Positions 63,819-64,000 of a DNA stretch of 64,000 bases are shown piece by piece. Under the pieces are notes generated by a model that was not told where the DNA came from, searched no databases, and was given only the letters and a program-made list of their open reading frames with translations. How positions within the stretch are numbered: position 1 is the stretch's first letter; every line of letters begins with the position of its first letter. The stretch is from Patescibacteria group bacterium (GTDB lineage Bacteria; Patescibacteriota; Patescibacteriia; Patescibacteriales; UBA12465). A program made the position numbers and the translations under genes. The stretch is from positions 9,568 to 73,567 of the forward strand of contig JBAZKQ010000002.1 of the NCBI GenBank assembly GCA_041650715.1, read 5' to 3'.

Positions 63819-64000
63819 ATGACTAAGGATAAGAAACACAATCAAAAATCGCTTGAACCGGAGTGGCAGGATCGGCTTTTATTAGAAAGTCTGGTCGCCC
63901 AGATTTTACCCGAGCTTATTACTTCCGAACCGGCCAAGGCCGATCAAGTTATTGCCGCCCTGAAAAATGATAAATTAAGTTTAGCTGATTTTTTAATTAC
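63819..64000 (+). CDS. 5' fragment of an ORF running off the window, possibly a PilB/GspE-type secretion ATPase N-terminus
   Basis: The ATG at 63819 is open to the window end: MTKDKKHNQKSLEPEWQDRLLLESLVAQILPELITSEPAKADQVIAALKNDKLSLADFLI. The function guess rests on pilin adjacency and an N-terminal-domain-like pattern only. Confidence 0.35.
   Translation, partial: MTKDKKHNQKSLEPEWQDRLLLESLVAQILPELITSEPAKADQVIAALKNDKLSLADFLI

Noticed and set aside
1-64000. CRISPR arrays, rRNA genes, transposases or integrases
   Set aside because: Scanning both strands by eye, I found no regularly spaced direct repeats. I also found no rRNA-like conserved stretches and no ORF with DDE, tyrosine- or serine-recombinase motifs. 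The only tandem repeat is the 8-mer at 20352-20391.

Overview
The window reads as a small, A+T-rich bacterial chromosome. The gene content is Patescibacteria/CPR-like, which is inference only. It spans the replication-origin region: rpmH-rnpA-yidD-yidC on the minus strand, then dnaA-dnaN on the plus strand.

Most of the window is housekeeping:
- Translation, RNA and chaperone genes: pth, pheST, valS, nusA, tig, smpB and tmRNA.
- DNA genes: dprA, topA and recQ.
- Envelope genes: PBP1A, a VanW protein, a flippase and pilins.
- C1 metabolism: glyA-folD.
- Others: hppA, gdh, and an Elp3-like radical-SAM/GNAT enzyme.

I hand-folded six tRNAs and one tmRNA. I saw no rRNA, CRISPR array, transposase or integrase.

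Two accessory patches sit next to tRNA clusters:
- About 24.4-28.3 kb, downstream of tRNA-Arg and tRNA-His. It holds small ORFs with their own promoters and a 571-aa Trp-periodic repeat protein.
- About 56.7-63.1 kb, downstream of smpB, tmRNA, tRNA-Leu and tRNA-Gly.

The second patch is the best candidate for a novel system. It contains:
- A compact stand-alone reverse transcriptase (YVDD), translationally coupled to an XRE-type HTH gene and a 51-codon ORF.
- A roughly 400-nt structured leader upstream of that operon.
- A convergent NYN-nuclease and membrane-protein pair.
- A degenerate (Asp to Glu) receiver-domain protein.
- Two tandem stand-alone EF-Tu-domain-II-like paralogs with duplicated promoters and terminators.

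Separately, two G+C-rich structured elements lie just downstream of tRNA operons. Each begins with an exact inverted copy of the T-arm of the adjacent tRNA.

All calls come from reading the sequence and the ORF track. No database search or folding program was run.
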